Source: Catajapyx aquilonaris
Taxonomy: Eukaryota
NCBI GenBank assembly: GCA_000934665.2
Contig: KZ538934.1
Span: forward strand, 1-39,576
Length of the DNA stretch: 39,576 nt
Direction: 5' to 3'
The notes beneath the pieces are model-generated. The model was not told where the DNA came from, did no database searches, and saw only the letters and a list, made by a program, of their open reading frames with translations. Position 1 is the first letter of the stretch. Each line of letters begins with the position of its first letter. A program made the translations under genes and the position numbers. Of this stretch, positions 12,201 to 25,615 are shown in pieces.

Positions 12201-12657
12201 TAAAAAAAAAAGACGAATAGGTCCACTCGACGAACATTACTCAGAGATGTCAAGGTTATCGCACAAAGAAGCTAAAGGGCAAGATCATTTCACTACTTCC
12301 CCGCTGTGCTACTACTGCAAATACATGTATGGGGGCGAACCACTACCACAAGATGAAAGGATTTGCAACTCACTCACGACAATGTACTGAGAACAAACCC
12401 GAAGGGATACTTAAGCCGATTGTATTAGCGATATGTGGGTCTAATTGTTACGGATTTTGTGACCTGGTGTATCATAAAAGAGCCATAAGTCAACCTGGGT
12501 AGCCCCATGTGCGTGCGTGAAACGGAAGGAAAAGGAGGGCAAACGGTCACTCTCCTTGGTGGAGTCGTAATCTAAGCTCCAGCCTATCAAAAGCAGTGGC
12601 TGGAGAAAGGTCTAATAAGCCCTGCCCGGACATCTTCTTCCACATTTTAGGGTCTGG

Positions 12658-12699
12658 TATATAAGGCAGGAGTTTTGGGAGGAGCTCTCACAATCAGTG
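12658..12699 (+). promoter_or_regulatory. TATA box and candidate Inr of Gly-rich gene 2
   Basis: TATATAAG at 12658-12665 and arthropod-type Inr TCAGT at 12694-12698; ATG at 12762. Confidence 0.7.
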
Positions 12700-12761
12700 C
12701 AACCAAGGCCCAATACAGGAGCAGACTTATCCTGCACAAGACGCAACCACCTAAACACAAC

Positions 12762-13717
12762 ATGCAGTTTCTCGTAAGTTTCTGATTACAATATTTTTAC
12801 TAAGTGTACCAGTTCAAGTTTTTATCTTGGGCGCACTATGCTAATAGGCCGGTTATCCTGCCTAACGTAAAGGAGACAATGCAGGAAGTAATGCATGGCA
12901 CACTCGTGATCAAGATATGGTAATGCGCACTACGTATGCACTACTGGTCTTGATTTATTGATCGCATTGGTTGAAAAAACTTTGTGATAATTTGTTGCTA
13001 CTGCATATGTAAATGAGCACGTGTGGGTAGTTTTTGTGCAACTACTGCTCTAAATTGTGACAAGTGGGCCTGCTGTCTCAATTATCGGTGACATTTCCAT
13101 TGCTATTACAGAAGTACGCCTTACTCTCCTGCCTGCTCGCCATGAGCTTGGCCATGCCCGAATCATACGACAACAAGGAAGCCGCATCACAACCCGATAA
13201 TGAGCCATCATCATCTGAGAACTCTTCGACACCCCAGAAGAGAGGAGCTCTGGGCGTAGCATCCGCATCAGTGGCCGTTGCACCTCATGCCTATCAGCCA
13301 ACACTGGCAATTGGCCATGGATCACCTGCACTGGCCTACGCTCAACCATCACTTGGCTACGGCCACGCAGGACTTGGTTACGGCCATGCGGGACCAGCTT
13401 TCGCCTACGGACACGCAGCACCAGCATATGCATATGGACACGCGGGACCGGCTATTGCCTACTCGCACCAGCCAACAGTGGCTGTTGCTGCTCCAGCTTA
13501 TGGAGGCTATTCCCTTGGCTACGGTACTGGCTATGGTGGCCATGGATTGGGTTATGGTGGCCATGGATTGGGCTATGGTGGCCATGGTTTGGGCTATGGT
13601 CTAGGATCCGGACAAGTGCAGTATACGACGGGCTACAATGTAGGCTATTCTTTGGGATACGTTCCTGTCAAAACTGTTGTCAAAACCTACAAGAATGGCC
13701 GTCAGCATGGATATTAA
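12762..13717 (+). CDS. Secreted Gly/Ala/Tyr/His-rich cuticular-type protein 2 (205 aa; exons 12762-12773, 13112-13717)
   Basis: ATG CAG TTT CTC|gtaagt ... tattacag|AAG TAC gives MQFLKYALLSCLLAMSLA (signal), an acidic/Ser spacer ending TPQKR, then GALGV..., YGHA(G/A)PAxA repeats and (GYGGHGL)x3 at 13529-13591. AATAAA at 13943-13948. Confidence 0.9.
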
Positions 13718-13942
13718 ATGTCAACCTAGAGTGGTTGCCTGTAAACACAGTACAATAAGTTTGTGACATAACGTACAGTATATGCAGTGGGTCAAATCAC
13801 AATGCGGCTGATGCACAAGCACTCAAGATTCCACATGCTAATTTTTCTAGTCTAGACTATCAATGGCTACTTCCAATCTATGCAGTACTGATGCACTTCG
13901 TGGGTGCTTTTCTGCAAGCTACCCTTCGATTCCCACAGTGCC

Positions 13943-13948
13943 AATAAA
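13943..13948 (+). terminator. Polyadenylation signal of gene 2
   Basis: AATAAA about 225 nt after the stop codon. Confidence 0.6.
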
Positions 13949-15382
13949 ACTGTGTACATATACCTACATGATTGTGCAATAATTTAGAATGGTGTAGCTT
14001 AGGTTGTCTCAATAATTGTTAATCGTTGCCAGTGTAATGCATAAATGTTAATGCTCCTGTTATATTCGTTTAACATGACAATTAAATGATTATTAAATGA
14101 TATACTCGTTCAGATTTTTTACTGGATGACTTGACATTAACCCTTCTCATAAATATACCAATACTTCCTGCAGTGTACCGTACATTACAGTACTATTAAA
14201 TGTACACGTATGCATACCATAATGCCGTTCGCTGATTCGTATTTAACGAAGTCAATTAATAGTAAAATATGCGACACAGGATCCAGTCCTACCACCGTCA
14301 GACGTATCATATTCAAGCTATGACTATATTTCCCTTTGATCTCAGGCTTTGCTTTGTACATTACATGCCGACAACATTGTGTATCTGTGAGTGATTAACC
14401 ATTGATTTAGCGACATATTGCATGGTGCACAATCTGCACATTAAATTAGTACAACAGCTCTTGTTAAAAACAAAATCAACTTAGAAAATTGCATGTTCTG
14501 ATTTCCCATGAGGTGGATTTTGATTTTTTTTTTCAAAAATGGTTTTCCAAATTATTAGTAAAGACTTCACAGCTCATAATTTTTTCTAAGGCTCACAGTT
14601 TAGCAACATCCAGTTGTTGTTGTTTTTTTTACAAAAAGGTATAAAAATACGAGGGTATACGCTTCAGATGGTGATTTTTGAATCAAAACGTGATGTTGTT
14701 GGGAGTAAGTCCCATTACACGGCACAGAGTGAACTGTACCCGGTATAGGCCAGGATCCCATAGTGGTTACCATAAAAATAAATGGACCCTCTGATTCCAT
14801 GTTAACGTGGATGAATTATGTTGGTAATTTCGCATTATTTTGCTTGGTGTCACCACACGTCCTCCATGTTGACATCCACACAATCAGATGATCAATTTGT
14901 GTCTCTGAGGTGGCATTACTTTACCTAGTAACGTAGTGTTGGGGAGGCTTAACCCGGTCTGGTTTACTGCGTGCTGAGTAATTTCTCCTTCAATGAATAT
15001 TAGTAAAATCGCACCTGAACTTCTCGCTTAGTAGGACGCAGCCTTCAGTCTGACTTTCACCATTTTGGTGGTTGCTTGGTTTTAATTAATTACTCTAAAA
15101 TTATCGTACATATGACCAGACCGTAACTCTGCAGTGAAATAATATATGGAAGGCTAAGTGGCGTAATTTTGAACTTCGCCCCCACCAGGTCCACACTTTC
15201 CATTTCCATTCATTCAGAGTTAGAGAACCTCCCTTGCCTGCGGTTTCGGGTGGTATTTCCACTAGAACGTCCACAATGGGTAATACACAGCATACTAAAC
15301 ATCTAACCTCCACAGCTGTACCCGCACCTCCCCTCCCAGTCTCCCTTTCTCTCAGTTAGGTAGAATATATTACTGGGGAGGG

Positions 15383-15566
15383 CAGTGGCGGATCTAGACG
15401 TCGTTGTTGGGGGGGGGGGGTGATTTGTTGCCGCCCCCCAAACCAAATAAGCCCGCCGCAGGCGATTTTTTTTTAAAACTCTAAGCACATCGGATAAAAG
15501 CAAGTAAAATTCAATTATTTTCAGTTTCTTGTTNCCCCCCCCCCCCCCACCATAGATCCGCCACTA
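15383..15566. mobile_element. hAT-type MITE
   Basis: TIRs CAGTGGCGGATCTA / TAGATCCGCCACTA. Perfect 8-bp TSD GGGGAGGG at 15375-15382 and 15567-15574. Internal poly-G and poly-C tracts. Confidence 0.85.
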
Positions 15567-15729
15567 GGGGAGGGTCAGCATTGTCAGGATCACTAATGAA
15601 AAGTTGTGTTCCGGACAGGGGGCACGCTCTATGAAGTAGACGAGGATATAGGAGGATATGGGATATAGGAGGATGATGGAAAATATTTCGCACTTCCCGG
15701 CGTTGCGCCGCTCGTTCAAATTATGATCA

Positions 15730-16345
15730 CCTAATTAGTGTAGCCAAAACTTCTCATAATTGCAAATTTCCCAGCCGTTTTCGAGATATGGCAAAAAATA
15801 TATATATATTTTAATTCCCGGCCTTGGCATGTGGTCGTTAAGCCCGGGAGAACAATAGGCCACCCACCCAACCACGGCCGCTTGAGAGAGATAGCGGCCG
15901 TGCACCCAACCCCAACCCAACCACTACGCCCGCTGTTTCCACTCTCGACTCAAACCTTCCGTTGAAATGATACGTCAGAGACGCGTTCGGATGGTCTTCA
16001 CCTGTAGCGCTGACGTCAGTGGTGGATGTTTAGTAACCGGATGAGCCCTCACGTGCTGTGTTCGCATCGGAGAGTGGCGGTCGTGAGGGCAGCCTGGTGC
16101 ACCTGCACCGCGGGCCTCGCATAGTTACGGAGACCGAGGGGGACATGCCCGAGAGCCGACCAATTCGCGCCGAAGGCGCGCAAGTGGGGCGCAGCCCCAT
16201 GGGGGTGGGGGGGGGGGGGGGAGCCCCACCGCCGAGCAAAGCGAGTCAATTACTACAGCTGCAGCGGCAACAATTTTCATCACCTAGCACCTCTCGCGTG
16301 ACGCGTCTGAGCGCACCCGTTCCTTGTCTATGAACCCCCTCTAGA
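15730..16345. repeat. GC-rich interspersed repeat remnant(s), class uncertain
   Basis: GC-rich island in AT-rich DNA with short hairpins (GCGCCGAAGGCGC, GGGGCGCAGCCCC) and a G-run. Boundaries are approximate. Confidence 0.3.
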
Positions 16346-19300
16346 TGGCGTTTCCGGACACGGTTTCCTATGCCAAAAATGTTTGTCTTGGTCCCCTCTA
16401 TTACCCCTACAAGTTTGTCGATTGAATTCATTAACACATGGCCAAGCAATAACTACGAAGTTTACAACATTATCTTACACTTAACGCTGCAAATCAGACT
16501 GCATGAGATCACACCAATATAATGCTAGTTATTAAGTTTCTACTTCATGTATAAGTGCTGCGCCTCTACATAATTATGTTCAAATAATGAATAACAGTGT
16601 AATCAATGAGTGATAAACCAAATAAACATAATTGAACATATATAGGAAAACTTAAATGCGGTATACACATTCGTAATAATTATTTTCTTTTCAGATATAC
16701 GAATTTGTAATCTACCTCTGATAATAATCTACCTGCATGTAGAGGTTACTAATACCGGTACAGTAGGCATACTGTAATTGGCGTACTTTTCTCTGACTTG
16801 GGTTTCTTGCAAATCTAAGATGACGTTATAATTATATATACCTTATAGTTGATTGATATATTGGTGACTTCGATTTCGATACGGATGGCATGTTGAGTTT
16901 CGACATACACCTGGATATTAATGGTCATCATGCGCGTCAGGAAGCACAGGTATCAAGGAAGGTTTGGATATGGAATAACCCGACGAAGGATGACCCTTAC
17001 GACGCGACGCACCCATGTGAAGAAACTGAACTTAATGTGCGATAATCACTGTAACAAAGTATAAATCTCCAAAATCAGATAGGAAAATTAAGCCTGATAA
17101 ATTCGCAAATAACCAATCCGACAGAAGTGCGCCAAATTTTTCTTGGCCTATGCTGCATTCCTGCTGTAATGCACGGTATAATATGACCCTATAGGCCGCC
17201 TAGGAACACATTTACATTTTGAATTGCACAGTGCTTGGCAATGATTGTTATGATACATCATATACAGTAGTTAAACCTGAAATCATTCTCATTTAATTGC
17301 CTCCTTGCAGCTACACAGTATATATAGTAGACTATATCCTCAACAACTATGTTATTCTTCTATTGGGACGTAAGATTTAGTATAGAAAGGGCAATTTGTC
17401 TGCCAAGGTTATGGCCTTATGAAAATTAAAGTATGCTGCGACTAAAATCTAGCCAATTTGCAGTAATCTGGAAACCAACAATCATTTTCGAACTTATATT
17501 CATCGGTATGTCACCCAGCGTATTGGTTCAGGTACAGCGATGGTCTCGGTCTAGCACATAATCAATTAAAGATTTCAAAATGTGACTAGAGAGATAAAAC
17601 ATTGAAACAAGTCTACTACATGCAATGATACTTACTTCTGATTATTTTGCAAAAAGACAAAGATAATATAAGCACAATACAAAATAATATGAAAAACCAT
17701 TTTTGATGTCCATATTCTGTTCTCGTGGGAAGTCTCAGCAGGAATTACAAGTTGCAGATATATTATTTAAAAAATTATGATACGTATACCTGTCAAGTAT
17801 TTCGAACGGCTATAAAAGAAGAGTAAATAAGTCATTGACTTGATCGGTAATGATTCTTTACCTCTCTCGCGTGTTTTTTCTCGTTATCATCACGTGCAAT
17901 TAAAAAATCATAGATACAGGTATACTGTATGAGGCACATTGAAATATGTTAACATATAGGTGTCATCTTGAAGGTACTGAATAACAGGATATTATGTTCT
18001 ACAGCCATTTCATTGTCGAATTACAGCCTATCTGAATCCTGCTCGCTCAAGTGATCCTATAAGAAAAGAAAAGAATGATAATCTCATTGAAAACGTGTAT
18101 AAACTGTAAAGGTCGTGAGGATGCGCAGAATGGCTACAAAATAATCTCATTATGTTCCTTGACCTATATCTAGCATGTTATGTCTCTACTCATATTTTGG
18201 CATCTTAATTAGGTCAGTCCCCATAAGCGATTTTAAAATGCAGTGTGTAGACAGCTGCCACTATAGGGTAGCTGACACGAGCTGACACCATATATGGCTT
18301 TGATAATTACTGTTGATTAGTGAAAGAAGTATTGTAGACATGCTAAAAAATTAGCCTATATTTATTTGTTGAAAGGTCAAGGTCATTGAAAAATATGCTC
18401 CATCATCATCAAAAAAGCTATAGTATGTCTGAGAGATACATAAATAAAAAATTACAATTACAATGAATTTTGCTTGTTTCCATTTGGAGATACAATTGGA
18501 CACTTCCGGTTGTTTCATTCTGTATTTTAACTTTATGTTAGGTCTCCTTCTGAAGAGAAATATTATTTCAAACAGTCACACAACAGCCCTCTCCTATAGA
18601 CATGTCTGTAATTGTTACGATAATAAGGTCACTAGTTAATCAACTCATGCTGAGTGTTTCATACTGTACTTTGACACTATCCAAATGTGTGGCATAAATT
18701 TCTCGAGGTACTAAGCAGACTAACATCAGAAAAAGAACCACAAAACAATTATTATGAATGAAAAGAAAGCTGTGCGTAATACAAAGTCGATGACAACGAC
18801 CTGCAAATTAAGTGCAAAGCAATCACGCAAGGTCCAGCCACCCATTCAAGTTCAATATCCAAAACAAGCCCGGAGCGCAGAAAGTAAAACCGAAGGTTTC
18901 GAAAGGGAGAAAAAGCTCCTATTTTACAACCAGGAGAAACTCCTACTGGCTGCAAAATTCTAGACTAGTTTTTTGTTTTGTTTGCTTCTTACATAGTCCT
19001 CATCAAGCCATATACAGGAATAAGATTACACAGCATCTCCTAGAAAAGCGATTACCATCAATTCACTTTCATGCGGGGCATCTGTTTTTTTGTTCCCCCG
19101 TATATCTCACTTTCACCGTTAGTTTTCACTTGCCCTTTTTGTTTGACAAGTAAAGGTAAGCATAACAAACACGCGTTCTGACTGTGAGAATTTTTTTTTT
19201 GTCTGCAGTGTATACAGCCTATCAGATGAGGGTGTAATTTACACCGGTGATAATTCGATATTATAAGCACGTAATAATGAAATTCGCGTTCTTCCGGGTG

Positions 19301-22300
19301 TATTTTGTCACACGGTCGACTAGTCCTCATCATAGGTCTAGCACTTGATTGAAAATTCCAAGAGCACGTACGCGGCTGTATCACGTCTAGAAACTCTTGG
19401 ACTCCGCCCATCACCCCTGCGAATTACTACACAAAAGGGAGCATATCGCAGCCCTTCGTTATTATTCTCTCCAGGCAACAAAAAAAGCCCTCCGTATACC
19501 CAGCAGCCAAGTACAGCAGACTTGTTCTGCAATTGGGACTTTCGATCGGCTTTTTCCAAAGCTGATTCGCCGTATGTGTATGCCATTCATTTGTACTTTT
19601 CAGAAGTAGACATCAGAAAGAGTGTGCTGCGATAAATAATGCATTACTGCCGTGCAATGGCAAGGGGCCGTAATTGTTTAACCAGTGTAAGGTGTACTAT
19701 AACGTATAACGGTATACTTCGTGAAGCCTATCCACGATCTAAATTACCATTCTTGAGGTGCCAATCAATTCGAAAAAATGCGGTATCGTGAATGCAGGCA
19801 AATGTAGGCCATTGTCAGAAGCTGCAATAATATTAATTAATTGATTAATTAATAACTGAATCATAGCGCAGTAGCAGTACTTTCATTATTAATTGTAACA
19901 TTTAAAATACGCTTTTACTCTGTGTTGAATTTGTGAGAAAGTTCCCTCCCGGATATTTTGTTGAAAAAGTTATCTTCAATAATGTTCTCAAATTTGTTGT
20001 TTCTCGTTGCGTTGTACGAAACTCTTCTTGCTATTATTCACCTTATTATTTTTACCAATACGGCATTAATGTTACCAAAAGCAATGTCTCTATAACGAAT
20101 GTCACATTGATTTTGGAGTTATTGTAATAATTGTACAGTTGGCTCCTTCCCCTATGCATGTAACAATCACTTTCTGAAGATGTCTCGGTGACAATGAATG
20201 GACTTCTTCCTGTTTTCCCCTCCCATACTGATCCTTAGATCAGTTACGTTACTGGCATTTCATTTCTATAAAACAGGCTACATTGTGACCAATTTTTGAT
20301 CGTTACCCGGATAGACCTCCGCATAGTCATATTTACGAATTTCTCTCATATTTAAAACTAAAATTCCAGTATTATTGTACTGCCAACGACTGCCAACGTG
20401 ATGCATGTGCCACTGGAAGACTCTAAGTATTGAACCAATAAGTATACATCAAAATAAAAAATGGCGTGGTAGGAAGCCTCCGAAAATTATGATAATAAAC
20501 TGAGCACATTAATTCCAATTAAAATCTACATTCACATACAAAGTGCTATCTTGATAAATTGAAGGTTTGTCACGAAATTACCAAAGTGAGAAAAATACCC
20601 TTTCACTTGCGCCAAGTCCAACTCAAGTTTATCCGGCCGACATATGATAGATGAATTCCCCACAAGTTCTGCAAGTGCGAATATGTAGGTTAGATGCTTT
20701 TTTTTCTTTCTCTTTCTTAGTTTTTTTCCCTGAGTGATGATGTGATGAGCCTGAAGATCATGCCCCGAGCAATAAAGAACACCTTGAAACGTGCAAAATT
20801 AATTTAGGATGAGTCCCTTTTTCAAACAAACAAGTACAACTTTAAAGTAGGACAAGGACTGGTAGAGGCACTACTAAAACACCCCAGTTTTTATTGGCGT
20901 TATAAGGTTGATGACAAAGACCTAAAATCAAATTATTCTGTCGTAAAATTTTCCCGATGACAATGGCGGTTTAGCCTTTAGCGGACTGCGCAGTAGGTCA
21001 TGACTGCATATTTACCAAATATTCACAACCCCCTGATCCCTCATTAATGCCATGACTACCGTAATCCACGGTGTACATTATTACCAGCTTTGGATTACTC
21101 TTAATGTTACAAAGCGTTATGCATTCTGTATACCTTCCGACTACAATGTAATAACCATAAGCTGCAGCTTATAAACTATTGTATCACAATATCAAAGGTA
21201 GGTATACTACATTGTAACATAAATCCGCAACAAAAATCTCTCAACCAGCATTTAAACAATGACATTAATTGTAAGTTATATGGCCAGTAATGCGGAGTGG
21301 CAATAAATGATAAATTATTACTGATTATTATTATGGACGTTTACTCTGTCGATCGGCGAAATAAAAAAAGGAAAAAAGAGCATGTGGCGGGTACTTTCAA
21401 TGGGTTCAAAAAGTGTGAAACTCACAAAAATCTAAGAGTGAATTTTATAATCTAGCACGACGAATTTCCTGGAAAATGAGTGCCAAATTCCACAATAGTT
21501 CTCCTGGCATGTAAGATATCAAATCTATAGATTATGAAGTTGATAAGAGGAACCCTTTGTAAGGATCCGCTCGAAATTGATAGGACCACAGACAATAAAG
21601 GCGGCCAATTTTGAAGTTGTTCTAATCACTATTCCTCAAGCACACAATCACATCTATGAATAAACTATTTGTATGAATACGGCGAGGGGCACAATTTTGC
21701 ATTAACCTTCTAGTTTAGATTAAAACATTGCGACCGTGGCATGTAGCTAATCTATTCCTTTAAAATGTACTTGTATAAAATATAAGTGAATCTCACAATT
21801 TGAAAAAAAAAATCTTCGGCGGGTATATATTTTCCGAAAGTGGAGAGCATTTTTCGTCTCATCTAATTAACTTACATACAGCACACTGTACAATGTCCTT
21901 ATAGCACTTAATAATTTCCAGATATTACCGTGTAGAACTGTTTACACTGGAAATCGCTCTTTTTGATGGAACACTTAATAGGTAATTTGATTTTTTTAAA
22001 AAATCGTAAAATCTACACCGATGGATACTCTGCCATTACCTTCATTCGCTCAACTCAAGTACTGTGTTTGAAGTTTTGAACTGTGAATTTCCCCTGAATT
22101 TTGCCTTAACATCGAACATAACTTAGAGTAGTGGCATTCATTTGCAGTCATTTCATAATAACTATTGTGATCCACATCTCATCTAACGTAAGCTTATGTG
22201 GACATAATAGATAAAATCATTTCTGCATGAACTGCTATTCTCCAGTCTCCTCTGCATTATTAAAACAAATATTTTTCAGGTCAGAACTGATATGGAGAAT

Positions 22301-22829
22301 AATAATATTAGTAAGACTTCAGCCTTATTTTTATTATAACAGTATTACAATATGTAGGTGAGGCGCATTATTTCGGTCAAACGACTTACTTTGAGTATGA
22401 TCAATCACGCGGCCGCTTGAATCTAAATGCAATGGAATGCAATGTTTGGACATTTGCATCATTGCAACTCATGAAATTAATACATCTACTACAGCAGAAT
22501 TACTTTCCATTCAGTTTAGCTCCGGATAGATAATTCGGCAACATCGACTCGTGAGACGGAACCTTTTGATCCTGGCGCCTCGGCAACCCACATTGGGTTG
22601 TCTACTCCATAGGATGACACATCAATCTCCCGAAATCACGTGAAAGTGCTGGCGTCTGGCGAGTAATTACGTTTGCAGGGACAAAACAGCGAAATTCCCA
22701 TGGCCCTGCAAAAGGTTTAGTGACCTAGCAAATGAGCTTCAAGGGAATGGCTCGATTTTCTCCCCAAGCACGTGGGTAGAGGTTGGCCCTAACAAAACGG
22801 CCGCACAAAAACTGGAAATGACCAGCGCC

Positions 22830-22852
22830 CTGCTGCTGCTGCTGCTGCTGCT
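22830..22852 (+). repeat. (CTG)n microsatellite
   Basis: About 7-8 CTG units. Confidence 0.85.
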
Positions 22853-24435
22853 GTGCATGTATGTGTCTCTTTCTCCTTCTTTCTCTGTCCCAAAGGTCCT
22901 TCTGGCGGGCCAGTATGCCAGCGGGAAAGAGAAATCACAAGACGACTGTTGATGCTGACTTACTGCGACTGAATTGATTCAAATCAGGATTGGTCAAGCT
23001 GTGGCAAATGCGCAGTTGAATGAGAAATCTGTATCAATTAACCGTTACACCAAGAGTTCCATTGTGCACGTGCAAAGTAATAGTCCTTGCCATTTGTGTA
23101 ATTTTTCCCCCTAAATAGTAGCAGCAGGTACAATTTGCAGACAATTATGTGTTACAACATCTGGTCAGACGGGTTGCTCTAAGGTATAGAGCACGTCAGA
23201 AGTGCACGGTTCCAGAAATGCTGCAGCAATAGACATTTTAATGCATGGGAGCTGGAAATTCTCGGAGATAAGATTACAAGAGGGGGGGGGGGGGAACGTA
23301 TGTGTTACTCTAGTTAGCCGGTTGGCTGCCATTCACATGGTGAGGGGGGAACAACTTTTCTCTCTTTACAGGTTTACAAAAGACGGCTGATATTAGGTGG
23401 GGAAAGGCTTAGGGAACCTAAGGCATAGATTCGATATGAGGCTAAGGTCAGCTAGTTTTCCGAAACTGTCCCCCAGCTACCAACGTTCATTAGACTCCGA
23501 CGGTGAGGCGTGCACTGTATAAATGTCACCGCAGTGTATAAAAATACCACCGTATGCTAGCGAGGACATTCCCATAGCAAAGTAATCATATCATCAGAAG
23601 CACTATTAATCCTGCATTTTAGGTCAATGAAATTCCCCTCCAATCACTTGATTACCTACATTCTCCAGTACAGGAGAACTGACAAAAATTACTGCCATTG
23701 GCCGCATTGCCTTCTAAAGCAATCACCCAATCAGTTTATATGGCAAACTGTGAATCCCAACACTTTTTGTGAATTTGGGTGACCTAAATTGCCAAACTAA
23801 TTCGTGCTGTCCTCCAACTACTGTATGCCGTGGCCCTTCGACATTTCAGTCATGGGCACCAAATGTTAAGTGTTTCAGAGGAGTGATAAACATAATAGGG
23901 TCAATAATTCACACCAGCACCAAGTAAGACCTTTGTTTGGGCATATAGGATCAGGTGTCAGAAAGTCAAATAATGCAGCGTTTTTGTGATTAAAATTATG
24001 ACACTCGAGAGTAAATATTTAAAAAAATACTAAGTAGGATGGCAGTCTCCCCATTCACAAAATTGGCTGCCTGCAATCGTACAGTACATCCCGGAAAGTG
24101 CTGATAAATCAACTGGAATCAGAAGCAACCTAAATTTTCTTCTATTTGCATAATCCATTGCACTTTACAAGTCACAACTACCCCGATCCTTCGTAGCTCC
24201 GAGACGAGCTGGATATTACAGTGATACGAGAAATTGGAGCGAAAAAGAAAAAGAAATATGTTACGTTATACGATGGTACGAGTTTCTCCAAGGAATTCTT
24301 CTTGGATGGTCCCATAGAGGCAGAGCCTTGGATGAACCCCTGGTGGTTGGAGGAAAGGGAAAGGAGCAGGAAGCAGGAAGGTAGGAGGGTGTGGCCAACA
24401 CACTTGTCGGACGCTGGTCACTCTCGCTGGGGGAT

Positions 24436-24470
24436 TATAAAAGTGCCCGGCGCGCACTTCTTCGCCAGTC
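24436..24470 (+). promoter_or_regulatory. TATA box and candidate Inr of Gly-rich gene 3
   Basis: TATAAAA at 24436-24442 and CCAGTC at 24465-24470; ATG at 24534 in the context CCACCATG. Confidence 0.7.
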
Positions 24471-24533
24471 TCGATCCCAATTTAAAGTGATCACAGCGTA
24501 TTCGGTATCGTCTCCGACTTCACACAAACCACC

Positions 24534-25615
24534 ATGAAGATATTGGTACGTACTGTGAAACGTTAATGAACATCAAGGCACACATTAGAGAACTTTAATA
24601 ATTTCATTAACGGCGTGTTGTATAGTTTTAAAACTTTTTATGCAGGCAAGAGATGCGCGGGTCGTTCAAGTTGCACTTGATTACAACTAAACGAATACAA
24701 TTATTGCAGAGAGAATTATTATTATTATTATATTATTATTGCAGAGAGAATTAAGCGCATAACTGCACCATCACGGTTTAATTGAGTAGTTTAAACCTGG
24801 GGGTTGGATTCACAAAAAATTAATAGCAGTTAAAGGCTGTTTCTTGGTGAAGTAACATGCAGCCCATGTAGCACAGTCATTTATCAACAAACAAGTGAAT
24901 TCAGGAGGAACACAAAAACCACGTCGGGATTTTTCATTTAATATCGTGTAATGTAGGTCATGATGAGTACAGCTTTCATTCATTGGGGTTTCAGGCTGCC
25001 TTGCTGGTAATAGGCCTCGTTGCCTATGCCCATTGCGAAGAAGAACAAGAAGGTGGTAACAAGGAAAAGCGCGGTGCAGTCGGCGTCGGCTACGGTGTTC
25101 CGTCAGTCGGTTATGGATACGGCGTCGCTGCTGCTCCAGCCATCGGATATGCCGCAGCCCCCGCCATCGGTGTTGCTGCAGCCCCTGCTATTGCCGCCGC
25201 CCCTGCTATTGCTACTCCTCCAGCACAGCTGAGCTATGGCGTCAGCTACCGAGTTGGATATCATGTCCGTCCCCGAGTTGACTATGCCATCAAGCCCTCT
25301 GTCGCCTACGCCACGGTTGCCCGTCCTGTGGTGCATACTGTCACCAAGCCCCTCGCCCCGACCAAGACTATTTCAGTCGGTCACCCAATCGGAATTGCTC
25401 ACGGCCACGGTCTTGAGGGATACGGCCACGGCGGATACGGACACGGACTCGGACTCGGACTTGGACATGGAGTTGGGGTAGGACATGGAGTAGCTCTGGG
25501 CGGCATCGGTGGTTACGGCGTCGGATACGGATACGGAGGAGACGGACACGGAGTATATGGACACGGAGGATACGGACACGGGGGATACGGACACGGGGGA
25601 TACGGACTTCACTAA
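24534..25615 (+). CDS. Secreted Gly/His/Tyr/Ala-rich cuticular-type protein 3 (210 aa; exons 24534-24545, 24995-25615)
   Basis: ATG AAG ATA TTG|gtacgt ... gtttcag|GCT GCC gives MKILAALLVIGLVAYAHC (signal), EEEQEGGNKEKR, then GAVGVGYG, AAPAI repeats (the AAP(A/V) motif is typical of arthropod cuticle proteins) and a C-terminal GHG/GYGHG block. Confidence 0.9.

Noticed and set aside
5071..12201. Grainyhead-like sites (AAACCGGT 5071, AAACTGGT 5758, AACCTGTTT 12193) and an FTZ-F1-like TCAAGGTCA (~18377)
   Set aside because: Plausible for cuticle genes, but short motifs like these are expected by chance; no conservation data.
13064..13111. ORF-track starts at 6360, 13064 and 24983
   Set aside because: They are non-ATG starts lying in introns or mid-exon. 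The upstream 12-nt exons give proper ATGs and complete signal peptides.
18752..19635. Cluster of 67-118-aa ORFs on both strands
   Set aside because: No recognisable domain or consistent splice structure.
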